This document shows, one piece after another, positions 9,236-18,532 of a stretch of DNA of 64,000 bases. The first letter of the stretch is position 1. Every line of letters starts with the position of its first letter. The stretch is from the NCBI GenBank assembly GCA_963778115.1, contig CAVZSV010000004.1:1152001-1216000 (forward strand). The letters are read 5' to 3'. The notes under the pieces were generated by a model, which was given only the letters and a program-made list of their open reading frames with translations, was not told where the DNA came from and ran no database searches. The translations under genes and the position numbers were made by a program. This DNA comes from an uncultured delta proteobacterium. GTDB taxonomy: Bacteria; Bdellovibrionota; FAC87; UBA2466.

Positions 9236-10312
9236 ATGTCTTTAACAGACAGAACACTACTGCACCCCCTCGGGTGGTGCGAATTTTTTGAAGCGCAATG
9301 GGAAACTTTAAATAGAAACGATTGGGTTCCCGCACGAATCGTCGGAGAGGAACGGGATTGCTTTCGGATTCAAACGGGCAGAGGTGTCTTTTGGGCTGAG
9401 ATCTCGGGCCATTTTCGTTTCGCTGTCAGCCAACGTTGCGAACTGCCTGCTATCGGAGATTGGGTAGCTTGCGGCCTTCAACTAGGAAATGAACGCGCGA
9501 CCATTCATCACCGGTTTCACAGACGCTCTTGTCTGAAACGCAAAATGGTAGGAGGGACTCATCAAGAACAGATCTTAGCGGCTAATGTGGATATCGCTCT
9601 GATCACAACCTCAGCGAATGGAGATCTTAATTTACGACGATTAGAGCGTTATCTCGCTCTAGTCTGGGACAGTGGAGCGGTTCCCCTAGTCCTTCTAACC
9701 AAGGCTGACCTCGCCACCGATTTGGAGGCAGCCATCATTGAGATTTCGGGTATTGCTCCGGGAGTAGAGATACACGCGGTCAGTGGCGTTACGGGATTCG
9801 GCATGGACGAACTTTCAAGATCGCTTCATGCCGGAAAAACCATCGTGCTATTGGGCTCGTCTGGAGTGGGAAAATCCACTTTGGTCAATTTCCTGATGGG
9901 CCGAGAAGCCGCAAAGACCCAAACTATCCGGGAGAAAGACGACAGGGGACGTCATACGACAACATCGCGTCATCTGTTCGAACTTCCCGGTTTGGGAATG
10001 CTTATCGATACGCCCGGGATGAGAGAGCTCGGACTACTCGATCATGAAGAGGGGCTCAAAACTCTTTTCGATGATATCGAGGCCCTTTCGCTGCGCTGTC
10101 GGTTTTCCGACTGCCAGCACCGCACGGAGCCAGGTTGTCAGATTAAGATAGCCCTAGCCAATGGAGACCTAACTCCCGAAAGGATGGAAAGCTTCCGAAA
10201 ACTTCAGAGGGAAATCTTGTTTGAGAAACGTAAATCAGATAAAGCCTTCGCTAGTGAGAGTCGGAAGGAATGGAAACGGGCGAGTAAGGCCCTGCGGATA
10301 AGGAGGTACTAA
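9236..10312 (+). CDS. rsgA: Ribosome small subunit-dependent GTPase A (circularly permuted GTPase), probable paralog
   Basis: PAIGDWV, ANVD, RRLERYL, TKAD, GSSGVGKST, GRHTTT, DTPGMRE, CRFSDCQHRTEPGC zinc finger. Confidence 0.92.
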   Translation: MSLTDRTLLHPLGWCEFFEAQWETLNRNDWVPARIVGEERDCFRIQTGRGVFWAEISGHFRFAVSQRCELPAIGDWVACGLQLGNERATIHHRFHRRSCLKRKMVGGTHQEQILAANVDIALITTSANGDLNLRRLERYLALVWDSGAVPLVLLTKADLATDLEAAIIEISGIAPGVEIHAVSGVTGFGMDELSRSLHAGKTIVLLGSSGVGKSTLVNFLMGREAAKTQTIREKDDRGRHTTTSRHLFELPGLGMLIDTPGMRELGLLDHEEGLKTLFDDIEALSLRCRFSDCQHRTEPGCQIKIALANGDLTPERMESFRKLQREILFEKRKSDKAFASESRKEWKRASKALRIRRY

Positions 10313-10315
10313 CCT

Positions 10316-11089
10316 ATGAGCTATTCCCATGAGGATATTAAAAAGATACTGGTGGATCGGATGCGGGAAACTCTGTCTACCCCTTCGTGCCAAAGGGAAA
10401 ATTTTCCTCATATGGTCCGATGTGTGGGGGAAAGTCCCTGCGAAATGGATAATAGTGTCATTTGGGCTTCGGTATCGACACTTGAAGATTATAGGGAGTT
10501 GGTCACTACCCAGAAAAGATTTTACGCCGACTTGGGGAAATCTTTTGAGTGGAAATACTGGCAACTTTTCCAGCCTGAAGCTTTAAAGAAAATCCTACTT
10601 GAAGAGGGTTTTGAGGAAGGAGAAAGAGAAGAGCTCCTGGTCTGGCATTCGGGGCTTCCCTTTCCAGAAGTAAACTCACGTCTTAGGGTTCGTGAAGTGC
10701 AAATCCCCGAGGAGCTGCCACTACTAGCTATTATACAGGAAAAACTCTGGCGGAAAGACCTCCGTGGATTTATCAGACGCCTCGAAGAGGAGAAAGCGGC
10801 AAGGCCAGATTCCCTTCACGTTTTTGGCGCGACCACCGAAACCGGCGAAATGATAGCTACCGGACTCATGCGAATCGAAGGGGATTTGGTAATGCTACAC
10901 GCGGGCGCCACCTTGCCTGAGTATCGAAGGCAAGGTGCATTTACGAAGCTGGTACGAACCCGCCTTGAACTCGCAAAACAAATAGGGGCGAAATTGGTTG
11001 GTGTAGATGCGTCTCCACGTAGCCTTCCGATATTACTTAAGATGGGTTTTTTAAGCTTGGGAGAGACAATTCCGTTTGTTTATCATTAG
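10316..11089 (+). CDS. GNAT family N-acetyltransferase
   Basis: AGATLPEYRRQG acetyl-CoA motif, SLPILLKMGF; 3 bp after rsgA. Confidence 0.8.
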   Translation: MSYSHEDIKKILVDRMRETLSTPSCQRENFPHMVRCVGESPCEMDNSVIWASVSTLEDYRELVTTQKRFYADLGKSFEWKYWQLFQPEALKKILLEEGFEEGEREELLVWHSGLPFPEVNSRLRVREVQIPEELPLLAIIQEKLWRKDLRGFIRRLEEEKAARPDSLHVFGATTETGEMIATGLMRIEGDLVMLHAGATLPEYRRQGAFTKLVRTRLELAKQIGAKLVGVDASPRSLPILLKMGFLSLGETIPFVYH

Positions 11090-12144
11090 TCGGAGACTTC
11101 GGGGAGGTCCCAAACAGCGATCGCTTTTAAAGAGAGCGCGTAGGAAGTCAGCCTATCTCCATCAGGAGAAAATTTAATAAGGTCCCTATGATGGTCAGTG
11201 GGATAGTTTGCGATCCACGTATGCCCCTTAGAAGTCACCTGGTAGATATCGGTGCTATCCCAATTTTTCACGGCCAACTTTCGGCCGTCGTCGGATAGAA
11301 GTAATTCAGGTTGGGTTTGTTTATTCGCTCCTTCAAACGAAAGTTCTTCAATGGGATCACTAGAACCAAAACTAAAAATAGAGACGTCTCCGGCAAATTT
11401 GCCGACATACAGCCTGTTTTTTGAGATTGCAACTTCAAGAGCGCCCTCGATCCACTCATCGAAGATCTCTTTATCTGGACTATCGCGTCTCCATACTCGA
11501 ACCCGATTATCGTGGGTCACCGAGGCGACATGGGTCTGACTGAAACTAACTCCTCGAATCTTATTTTCAGACATCGGGTCCGCGAATTCGGAAGGAACAA
11601 AAGTAAGCAGACGTCTTATAGAAGTAATATCTTGATAGTCATAGAGATTCATCTTACCGGCCACCCCCGCCCGTAACATTAAATTTTCGATGGAAGACCA
11701 TTGGCAAGGAAAGTCAGGACCCGGCAAGGGTTGTGAAGTGATGCTAATGGGATCCCACATCTTTCTCCGGTAAGCGTCTGCTACGGAGGCGGTGTACGCC
11801 CCACTTTCACGAAGTAAGAAGTGATGAGTTACTGTCCTCGACGTTTCCTCGTTCGTAATATGGTAGGAGCTGATATCGGGAACACTGCCGGGGAAGTGAA
11901 TTCTGCCTGTTCCAACCCTTTTCCTATCTTCAAGCCGATACATTTCCATTCTTCCGTCCATCGTTACCACATTCAATAGGTCGGAATCGGGGACAAAGGC
12001 CAAGGCCGATCCTCCTGCAGCGGAAATCGGGATGATAAAACGAGGAAGAACGCCTTGGGCATATACCCCTCTGTAACAACCCTGATTGGCATAGCTGTTT
12101 AATGCTGAGAAAAATGTGAATAGAACAACGAAGACCCGGGCCAT
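11086..12144 (-). CDS. Secreted WD40-like beta-propeller hypothetical protein
   Basis: Signal peptide; repeats such as VRVW, SDDGRKLA, FSPDGDRL, AVWD; RBS GGAGG. Confidence 0.65.
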   Translation of the reverse strand: MARVFVVLFTFFSALNSYANQGCYRGVYAQGVLPRFIIPISAAGGSALAFVPDSDLLNVVTMDGRMEMYRLEDRKRVGTGRIHFPGSVPDISSYHITNEETSRTVTHHFLLRESGAYTASVADAYRRKMWDPISITSQPLPGPDFPCQWSSIENLMLRAGVAGKMNLYDYQDITSIRRLLTFVPSEFADPMSENKIRGVSFSQTHVASVTHDNRVRVWRRDSPDKEIFDEWIEGALEVAISKNRLYVGKFAGDVSIFSFGSSDPIEELSFEGANKQTQPELLLSDDGRKLAVKNWDSTDIYQVTSKGHTWIANYPTDHHRDLIKFSPDGDRLTSYALSLKAIAVWDLPEVSD

Positions 12145-12252
12145 CTACACCTCCAGCATGGCTCCCGCCCCATGACGTACCCCGAATGTCTAGCCGAGCT
12201 TTTGTAGCTAAAATAGCGCCGCAATACCAGAGATTTCCCTCAAGTAGAGCAT

Positions 12253-13950
12253 CTATCCGCCATTCTTAAGGAAATTACACCCATGCCTGGGAACGCTAGG
12301 AAGCTCAGAGAGGCCTCGATGCAGGAAGTAATCGCTTTTGGTTTCGAATCCCGCCTTAAAAGTGGATTCGGTGAGTTTATAGACGTTATTTAAGGCCATG
12401 TATTCGGAGTACTTTGAATCGTTCCAGTCGGTACACCAAACCGCATCCGAATCTTTGAGACCGCGCTTTAGAGAAGCATTCACGTAATTGGACCCTTTGC
12501 CGCCCAACAGATTATTAATGTCATCTACTAGATCGAAGCTATCGCGCTCGGTAGTGATAAAAAATACGTTTTCGCAGCCGGCAAGTTTGAGCGCGGTCGA
12601 TGGAAAGGGATCCGCATAGCCTCCCACCGAAACCAATTGTTTAGCGGCGGCAACAACGGCCTTTGGAAAATTCTCAGCAAGTTTCGGATGGAGTTCCAGC
12701 CAACGTTTCAACACTCGATTAAATTCCGCAGCTTCCGAGATAGAAGGCTCAGCGGGAGAGGTTTGAAGACCCACCGCCCAGGGGAATCCTGGCAAGCCAT
12801 AGAACTTGTCAGTCTTCACATCCACTGGCCCTTTTTTCCTTTCGAGAGCTATCGCATTTTCGATCGATTCCAATTTGTCATTAGGGCCAAAATTTCCCAC
12901 GCGGAATTCATTGGCATAATCGAGGTTGAGTTGAATCTCTCTCTCTGCTTTCCAGTAAGCCGCTTTGGCCTTCTCCATCTTTTCATACCCGTTTCCCACC
13001 ACGAGTCCCGTCATCACGATGGCAGGGAAATACTCTCCCATTGGTTCGTTAATCCGATCGGAATCTCGCGGGGTATTGTCATGAGCCCGATAATCGGACA
13101 TTAAGACTTCCCATTTTTTCTTGCAGGCCGTAGGTTTTCGGATGTCACTATTTACAAAAGCCTCAATGTCATTGGGATCATAATTATCGTAAGCGATTTG
13201 TCCCCACGTCTTCTCCTTCAAAGTGTCTGGTTTGCAAGCCTTAAACCAATCTGTCCAGTGAGCGCCATTCTCATAATCGCGCGCGGCGTAGAAGTTTCCA
13301 ATCCAGCCCATTACGGTGGCGACCCCTTCGAAAGTGATAGGAAAAGGACGCAAGAACACCTTGTTGCTATCGACCTTAAACATTCCCAGGCCAAGCGCCT
13401 GTTTGTAATCATTGTAATGATAGCTCTTATCGGGAGAGTCTCGGAAAAGGTTTTCGAAGCGCTTATTATAGAAAATTCCTAGGAGCGAACTAAAATGGCG
13501 GTAGTCGTAATCATCTAACTGAGGAGGAGTTACTCCGTCACTTTTTTTAGTGAAACTTTTCTCCTGAATCTGCTTTAGCGATGCTAGAAAGTTATAGAAA
13601 GAAATCGCCTCTTTTCGTCCCGGACTTGATTCAAAAAATCCCACTAGCGACTTTAGCATCAAAGAAACTCTCTGAGCTTTCTCTTCCTTGCTGCACTTGC
13701 AGTTTGCGATTTCTGGATTTTGAAGCATGCTCTCGATGAGGAACATCGTAATCGAAGCGGAGCTAGAGCCCGCGGCAAGATCGAACATTCCGTAATAACT
13801 AATGATGTGGGCCAATGAGTGGAAGTGGGCAAAGATAGCATCTCCGTTGCCTTGAATGGCCGCACAAAAACGAGGGGAGGTTACAGAAGCGTGGGCCTGC
13901 CTGGGGACCATTGCCCCTATGATTAAGAGCAGCCCCAATAAGCGCACCAT
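12253..13950 (-). CDS. Secreted hypothetical protein, possibly a divergent patatin-like lipid hydrolase
   Basis: Start at ATG 13950 after GGAGGG gives a signal peptide ending AHA; QGNG followed by AGSSSAS resemble patatin oxyanion and nucleophile motifs. Confidence 0.6.
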   Translation of the reverse strand: MVRLLGLLLIIGAMVPRQAHASVTSPRFCAAIQGNGDAIFAHFHSLAHIISYYGMFDLAAGSSSASITMFLIESMLQNPEIANCKCSKEEKAQRVSLMLKSLVGFFESSPGRKEAISFYNFLASLKQIQEKSFTKKSDGVTPPQLDDYDYRHFSSLLGIFYNKRFENLFRDSPDKSYHYNDYKQALGLGMFKVDSNKVFLRPFPITFEGVATVMGWIGNFYAARDYENGAHWTDWFKACKPDTLKEKTWGQIAYDNYDPNDIEAFVNSDIRKPTACKKKWEVLMSDYRAHDNTPRDSDRINEPMGEYFPAIVMTGLVVGNGYEKMEKAKAAYWKAEREIQLNLDYANEFRVGNFGPNDKLESIENAIALERKKGPVDVKTDKFYGLPGFPWAVGLQTSPAEPSISEAAEFNRVLKRWLELHPKLAENFPKAVVAAAKQLVSVGGYADPFPSTALKLAGCENVFFITTERDSFDLVDDINNLLGGKGSNYVNASLKRGLKDSDAVWCTDWNDSKYSEYMALNNVYKLTESTFKAGFETKSDYFLHRGLSELPSVPRHGCNFLKNGG

Positions 13951-14042
13951 GAGTCTTCCCTCCGCACAAACAACACCCCATCTATAACTCATCGCATTAA
14001 TCAATCAAGTACTAAACCAATGCGATCAATGGAGGGAGGGAA

Positions 14043-14894
14043 CTAGAAGTTAGCCGCTTTGGAGCTGTCATCGGGGCGGGATCGCTTCATAAGTGCGGAA
14101 CGGTTTGGGCCTCGACGGACCTTTCGGGAGAAACGGGTTTCTCCCATAAGAACAATGGGGATGGTGTTCGCCAAAAGATAGAGATCTAAGGACCAACACC
14201 TTCGCATCACGTATCTGCCATCGAAAGCGAACTTAACTTTTCCGTTGATGTCGTTCGGAAGAGTTGCCTGCCACAGCCCCGTAAGACCCGGCTTGATGGC
14301 AAAACGAATGTAATGTTTTGTTAAGATGGTGGCAGTATCGTTCATCGAAAATGGCCTAGGTCCTACAATGGACATATCTCCCTTAAAGACGTTCCAAAGT
14401 TGCGGTAGCTCATCCAACTTATGTTCGCGAAGAAATTTACCGACCTTCGTCGCGCTATTTCTTTTCGGCTTCTCAAGGGGCTTTAGGAAATGAATATTTT
14501 CTCCCTGAATCATGGGCAGCGTTCTGAACTTTAAAATCCAAAAGGGTTTTGCGAAACGTCCCCCGCGCAATTGCCGAAAAAAGACAGGCCCTTTGGAATC
14601 AATTTTTATAGCGATGGCACAGGCTATGAGTAACGGCGAGATCATCAACACCAAAGCTACCGCTACCACGAGATCAAATGCCCGTTTTGTCCGTTCATAA
14701 GTTTTTTTTCTCTCAGCTTCTGCCGTCCAATACGTCATGTCCGTCAGTACGGCGAGTAACTCGTCATTCACAAATCCGTGCTGATGATTTCGAAGCGCTC
14801 TGGGGGCCCATTCGTTGTAAGGGGGCGACAACCGCTGCAACCGAGCGATGACAAGCTCTTCAAGGGAAGGGCTATGACTCTTTTTTGACTTCAT
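14043..14894 (-). CDS. Priming polyprenyl-phosphate sugar-1-phosphate transferase (Bac_transf)
   Basis: KRAFDL, GPVFFRQ, KFRT, LDELPQLWNVFKGDMSIVGPRP, KPGLTGLWQ. Confidence 0.9.
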   Translation of the reverse strand: MKSKKSHSPSLEELVIARLQRLSPPYNEWAPRALRNHQHGFVNDELLAVLTDMTYWTAEAERKKTYERTKRAFDLVVAVALVLMISPLLIACAIAIKIDSKGPVFFRQLRGGRFAKPFWILKFRTLPMIQGENIHFLKPLEKPKRNSATKVGKFLREHKLDELPQLWNVFKGDMSIVGPRPFSMNDTATILTKHYIRFAIKPGLTGLWQATLPNDINGKVKFAFDGRYVMRRCWSLDLYLLANTIPIVLMGETRFSRKVRRGPNRSALMKRSRPDDSSKAANF

Positions 14895-14914
14895 GCGAAA
14901 GTGCCTTCAACTGC

Positions 14915-14942
14915 TAATCGGCACTTACAAATGGAAACTGTA
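14915..14942 (-). promoter_or_regulatory. sigma28/FliA-like promoter for the priming transferase
   Basis: TACAG-N15-GCCGATTA on the minus strand. Confidence 0.55.
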
Positions 14943-14967
14943 GGAGACCAGGGTAACTGGGATTTAC

Positions 14968-14995
14968 TCAAGAAATTTCTTAACTTAACCGAATA
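14968..14995 (+). promoter_or_regulatory. sigma28/FliA-like promoter
   Basis: TCAAG-N15-ACCGAATA. Confidence 0.55.
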
Positions 14996-15067
14996 AAGGA
15001 GCACGATCGATAGCGCGGCTTTCGAAAAAAGCTTTCTGAGAAAAACTCAGACAGCGGGAGTCACTCA

Positions 15068-15970
15068 ATGAGACTTTCGATTATTTTACTGGCTTACAAC
15101 GAAGAGAAGAATCTGCCGGACTGTTTGGAAAGCCTCCAGGGTTTAGCTGCCGACATTTTTGTCGTTGATTCGGGAAGTACCGATCGTACAAAACAAATAG
15201 CCACCGCAGCAGGATGCAAGATCTACGATCACCCCTTTGAGAACTATTCCGCTCAGCGCAACTGGTCATTCGATCATTTACCCTTGAAGACCGACTGGGT
15301 TTTTCCCATGGACTGTGATGAAAGATTTACTCCAGAACTCGTTAAGTCCATTAACGAGATAGTTTCTCATCCCAATCAGAACACTCTTGCCGATGCTTAT
15401 ATTGTCAGAAAGAAGAGCGTTTTTCTGGGGAAATGGATTCGGTTCGGTGGACAATACAACAATTTCCACCTCCGACTGGCTAAAAAGGAAAAGATCCGCT
15501 GTGAAAGCCGCAGCTACCATCAACATTTTGTCACCCAAGGGATTGTCGGTTACCTCAATGGGGACCTCGTCGATATCATCGCCAGTAACAGCAGCGAATG
15601 GGTGTCCAAGATATCGCGTTGGGCAAAAATGGAAGCCGATTCCATGATTGCGGAAAAAACCGCCGTCCATGAAACGTCTGTAGTAAGGCCTCACCCTTTT
15701 GGAAACAAGCTGGAACAAAAAAGATTCTTAAAAAAAGAGATCTACCAACGGCTTCCCTTGTTCATTCGACCCTTTCTTCTTTGGAGCTATACCTATCTTT
15801 TCCGAATGGGATTTTTAGATGGAAGGGAGGGACTCATTCTATTTACGATCAAAAACTTCTATTTTCCCTTTTTGGTAGATGCTGAGCTTTTTGAACGTAG
15901 AAAGAAACAAATTGGGACCTCGGACGATATCAAAAAAGCAGATGATCCCAATCTCAGAAAGAGCGGGTAA
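15068..15970 (+). CDS. Glycosyltransferase family 2
   Basis: LSIILLAYNEE, VVDSGSTDRT, QRN, DCDE, GFLDGREG. Confidence 0.9.
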   Translation: MRLSIILLAYNEEKNLPDCLESLQGLAADIFVVDSGSTDRTKQIATAAGCKIYDHPFENYSAQRNWSFDHLPLKTDWVFPMDCDERFTPELVKSINEIVSHPNQNTLADAYIVRKKSVFLGKWIRFGGQYNNFHLRLAKKEKIRCESRSYHQHFVTQGIVGYLNGDLVDIIASNSSEWVSKISRWAKMEADSMIAEKTAVHETSVVRPHPFGNKLEQKRFLKKEIYQRLPLFIRPFLLWSYTYLFRMGFLDGREGLILFTIKNFYFPFLVDAELFERRKKQIGTSDDIKKADDPNLRKSG

Positions 15971-15979
15971 TCCTCTTTC

Positions 15980-17167
15980 ATGAAAATACTACACATCATA
16001 GCTACTCTGGATCCCGCTAGCGGAGGCCCTCCCGAGGGAATAAGGCAGGTCTCAATAGCGATGATGGAGCTTGGACATTCGGTTGAAGTTGTGTCTTTGG
16101 ATTCTTCGACTGCCGACTACCTGAAACCGTTTCCGATTCCAGCGCATGCCTTAGGCCCTAGGATCGGAAATTGGGCGTTTACGCGGAAACTTTACCCCTG
16201 GCTGCTTGAAAACGGAAAACGGTTCGACGTTTTTATAGCCCACGCAAGTTGGCTTTACACCAATCTCGTGACGGCACGAGCCGCCAATCGCCTTAACCTG
16301 CCCTACTTCCTGTTTCCGCACGGTGGACTTGACCCTTGGTTTAACAAGAACTCTGCCGTAAAACGCCTGAAGAAACAGATTTATTGGAAGCTCTTCGAAC
16401 ACAAAATTATGGAGGGCGCAGCTGATGTTCTTTATACCTCAGAACAGGAGAGACAGGGTTCCGCCACCTCATTTTCGCCCCCATGCTCCAAGGGCAGTAT
16501 AGTCGGTTATGGCACTCATGGATCTTCGGAGGATCCCAGCCTGTTAAGAAAACAGTTCTTGAAAGAATTTCCCGAATTGAAATCCACTCGAAATATAACC
16601 TTTCTGGGTAGGATTCATCCGAAGAAAGGATGCGATCTTCTCTTGCAGGCCTTTGCTCGCATAGCTTCGCGAGACGCTTCCTTACGACTGGTTTTTGTAG
16701 GTCCGGATACCGTCCAATGGGCAGCACACCTTCGACAGATGACTAAAGATCTCGGCATTGGTGACAGAGTGATATGGACGGGCCCCTTAGTGGGAGAGCT
16801 TAAGTGGGGAGCACTTTATAACTCCGAGGTTTTTATTTTGCCCTCGCACCAAGAAAACTTCGGCATCTCCGTGGTTGAAGCGCTCTCGTGTGCCGTTCCC
16901 GTCCTTATCTCCGATCAAGTAAATATTGCGAGCCAAGTCGCGGCAGATGGAGCGGGGTTCGTGGAAAAGGACACCTTCGAGGGAACTACCACTTTGCTGC
17001 ATCGTTGGTTTTCGCTTTCCGAAAAGCAAAAGAAAGAACTTTCCGTGAGAGCCAAATCTTGTTTCGAAAATCGATTTCGGATGGATCGGGTCGTAGAAAG
17101 TTACTTAAAAATTCTTAGGGCCCACTCCCCAGCTCAAACCCCACAGCGCCAAAGGCAAATTTCGTAA
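15980..17167 (+). CDS. Glycosyltransferase family 4
   Basis: GGP, FLGRIHPKKG, LPSHQENFGISVVEAL. Confidence 0.9.
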   Translation: MKILHIIATLDPASGGPPEGIRQVSIAMMELGHSVEVVSLDSSTADYLKPFPIPAHALGPRIGNWAFTRKLYPWLLENGKRFDVFIAHASWLYTNLVTARAANRLNLPYFLFPHGGLDPWFNKNSAVKRLKKQIYWKLFEHKIMEGAADVLYTSEQERQGSATSFSPPCSKGSIVGYGTHGSSEDPSLLRKQFLKEFPELKSTRNITFLGRIHPKKGCDLLLQAFARIASRDASLRLVFVGPDTVQWAAHLRQMTKDLGIGDRVIWTGPLVGELKWGALYNSEVFILPSHQENFGISVVEALSCAVPVLISDQVNIASQVAADGAGFVEKDTFEGTTTLLHRWFSLSEKQKKELSVRAKSCFENRFRMDRVVESYLKILRAHSPAQTPQRQRQIS

Positions 17168-17172
17168 CTACT

Positions 17173-18327
17173 TTAACGCCGTTTGGAAACGCTTCTGCTC
17201 TTATTACCACTCAGCGCCTCGCTAAAGACGTCTAACATTAGATTTGTCACAGTTGACGGCAAATAGTTAGCCGCACAAAAAAGTAGCGCGCTCTTCGCCA
17301 TTTCGAATCTCTTATCCTGCCGCTCGAGATAAGGTAGCATTTTGGCTTTTATATCGCTTTCAGAAGCACTCACTAACAAGCCGCACTTTCCCTCCGCAAG
17401 AATCTCTCTTTGAATCGGATTATCACAGGCCAAAGCAATGGCACCCGCAGCCATGGCTTCTAGATACACCCATCCATAGCCTTCAAATCGACTAGGCATT
17501 AATAAGAAGTGGGATTGACGCAGTAGCTTTTGAACCTCCTCGCGAGATTTAGTAAGGAAATGGGTAATATTTGGAAGGTTAGGGATGGATATCGGTCCAT
17601 CTGAGAAATCACTCACGACAACAAGATTCAGCCGATCGGGCATTTTGGAGTTGAGCTCTTCAAAGGCACGAAAAACCTCGGGCAGCCCTTTTCGTTTCGC
17701 CTCTCTTCCGATAAATGCCAATTGAATTTTGCCGGGAGAATTGAACTTGATTCGAACCTGTTCCTCACTAAGGCAAGAAAGATGCGGAAGAAAAAAAGGC
17801 ACTACTCTTATTTTCCAGAAAAAATCATCTTCCTCTTTCAATAAGTTTTCCATCGCGAATCTAGTATTTACCGTAACCATCGCCGAACGACGTATCAGTC
17901 GGCGCTTTATTTCCCTCTCTTCTTGAATCACCGATTCAGGTATTTTCCTGCGCATGAGTTCGACGGTATCCGTATAACCGAGATGTAATACCACCGGTAA
18001 TTTTTCCGCATTCGTAGGCGAAACCCCATAGGAGAAAACTAAATCACAGTTAGAATCAACAAGCTCCCGGCGTGGCAACGGAGCCTCTAAACGAAGTTTC
18101 CTTATCGCTGACTGCATTGTGGCCTTTCGAGATCTAGACCCCAATGAGCAAAGCAAATGCCTGAAATTGCATTGAGCGGAATAAAGAGCGGAGTGCGGGT
18201 AATAAACTTCTAGCCTTTCCGCAAAGTTAGGCATTTGCCGCAGCAGATGGGTGTATTGCCAATCTGTATTTTTTCTCGCGCTAACGTGGAAAGCGGGGGT
18301 ATTCACAAAGACTTTTAGCGGCCTCAT
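17173..18327 (-). CDS. Glycosyltransferase family 4
   Basis: FIGREAKRKG, MPSRFEGYGWVYLEAMAAG. Confidence 0.85.
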   Translation of the reverse strand: MRPLKVFVNTPAFHVSARKNTDWQYTHLLRQMPNFAERLEVYYPHSALYSAQCNFRHLLCSLGSRSRKATMQSAIRKLRLEAPLPRRELVDSNCDLVFSYGVSPTNAEKLPVVLHLGYTDTVELMRRKIPESVIQEEREIKRRLIRRSAMVTVNTRFAMENLLKEEDDFFWKIRVVPFFLPHLSCLSEEQVRIKFNSPGKIQLAFIGREAKRKGLPEVFRAFEELNSKMPDRLNLVVVSDFSDGPISIPNLPNITHFLTKSREEVQKLLRQSHFLLMPSRFEGYGWVYLEAMAAGAIALACDNPIQREILAEGKCGLLVSASESDIKAKMLPYLERQDKRFEMAKSALLFCAANYLPSTVTNLMLDVFSEALSGNKSRSVSKRR

Positions 18328-18532
18328 AGCACCTTTCCAGAGGTTTAATTTTAAGCAAGCAGAGGTAATAAAAGTATACTGCTTTCTCTATCATCGCTGG
18401 GCATTTAGTTGGCCACTGCGGATGGAAAAATGCTCTTTCCTCAACAAAGCCTCCACAATTGCGTCTCGTAAATGATGCATAGTGTCTAAGTTAGGTTTCG
18501 TGTGCGGTTTCGGTGTCTGCGGTGGGGGAAGT

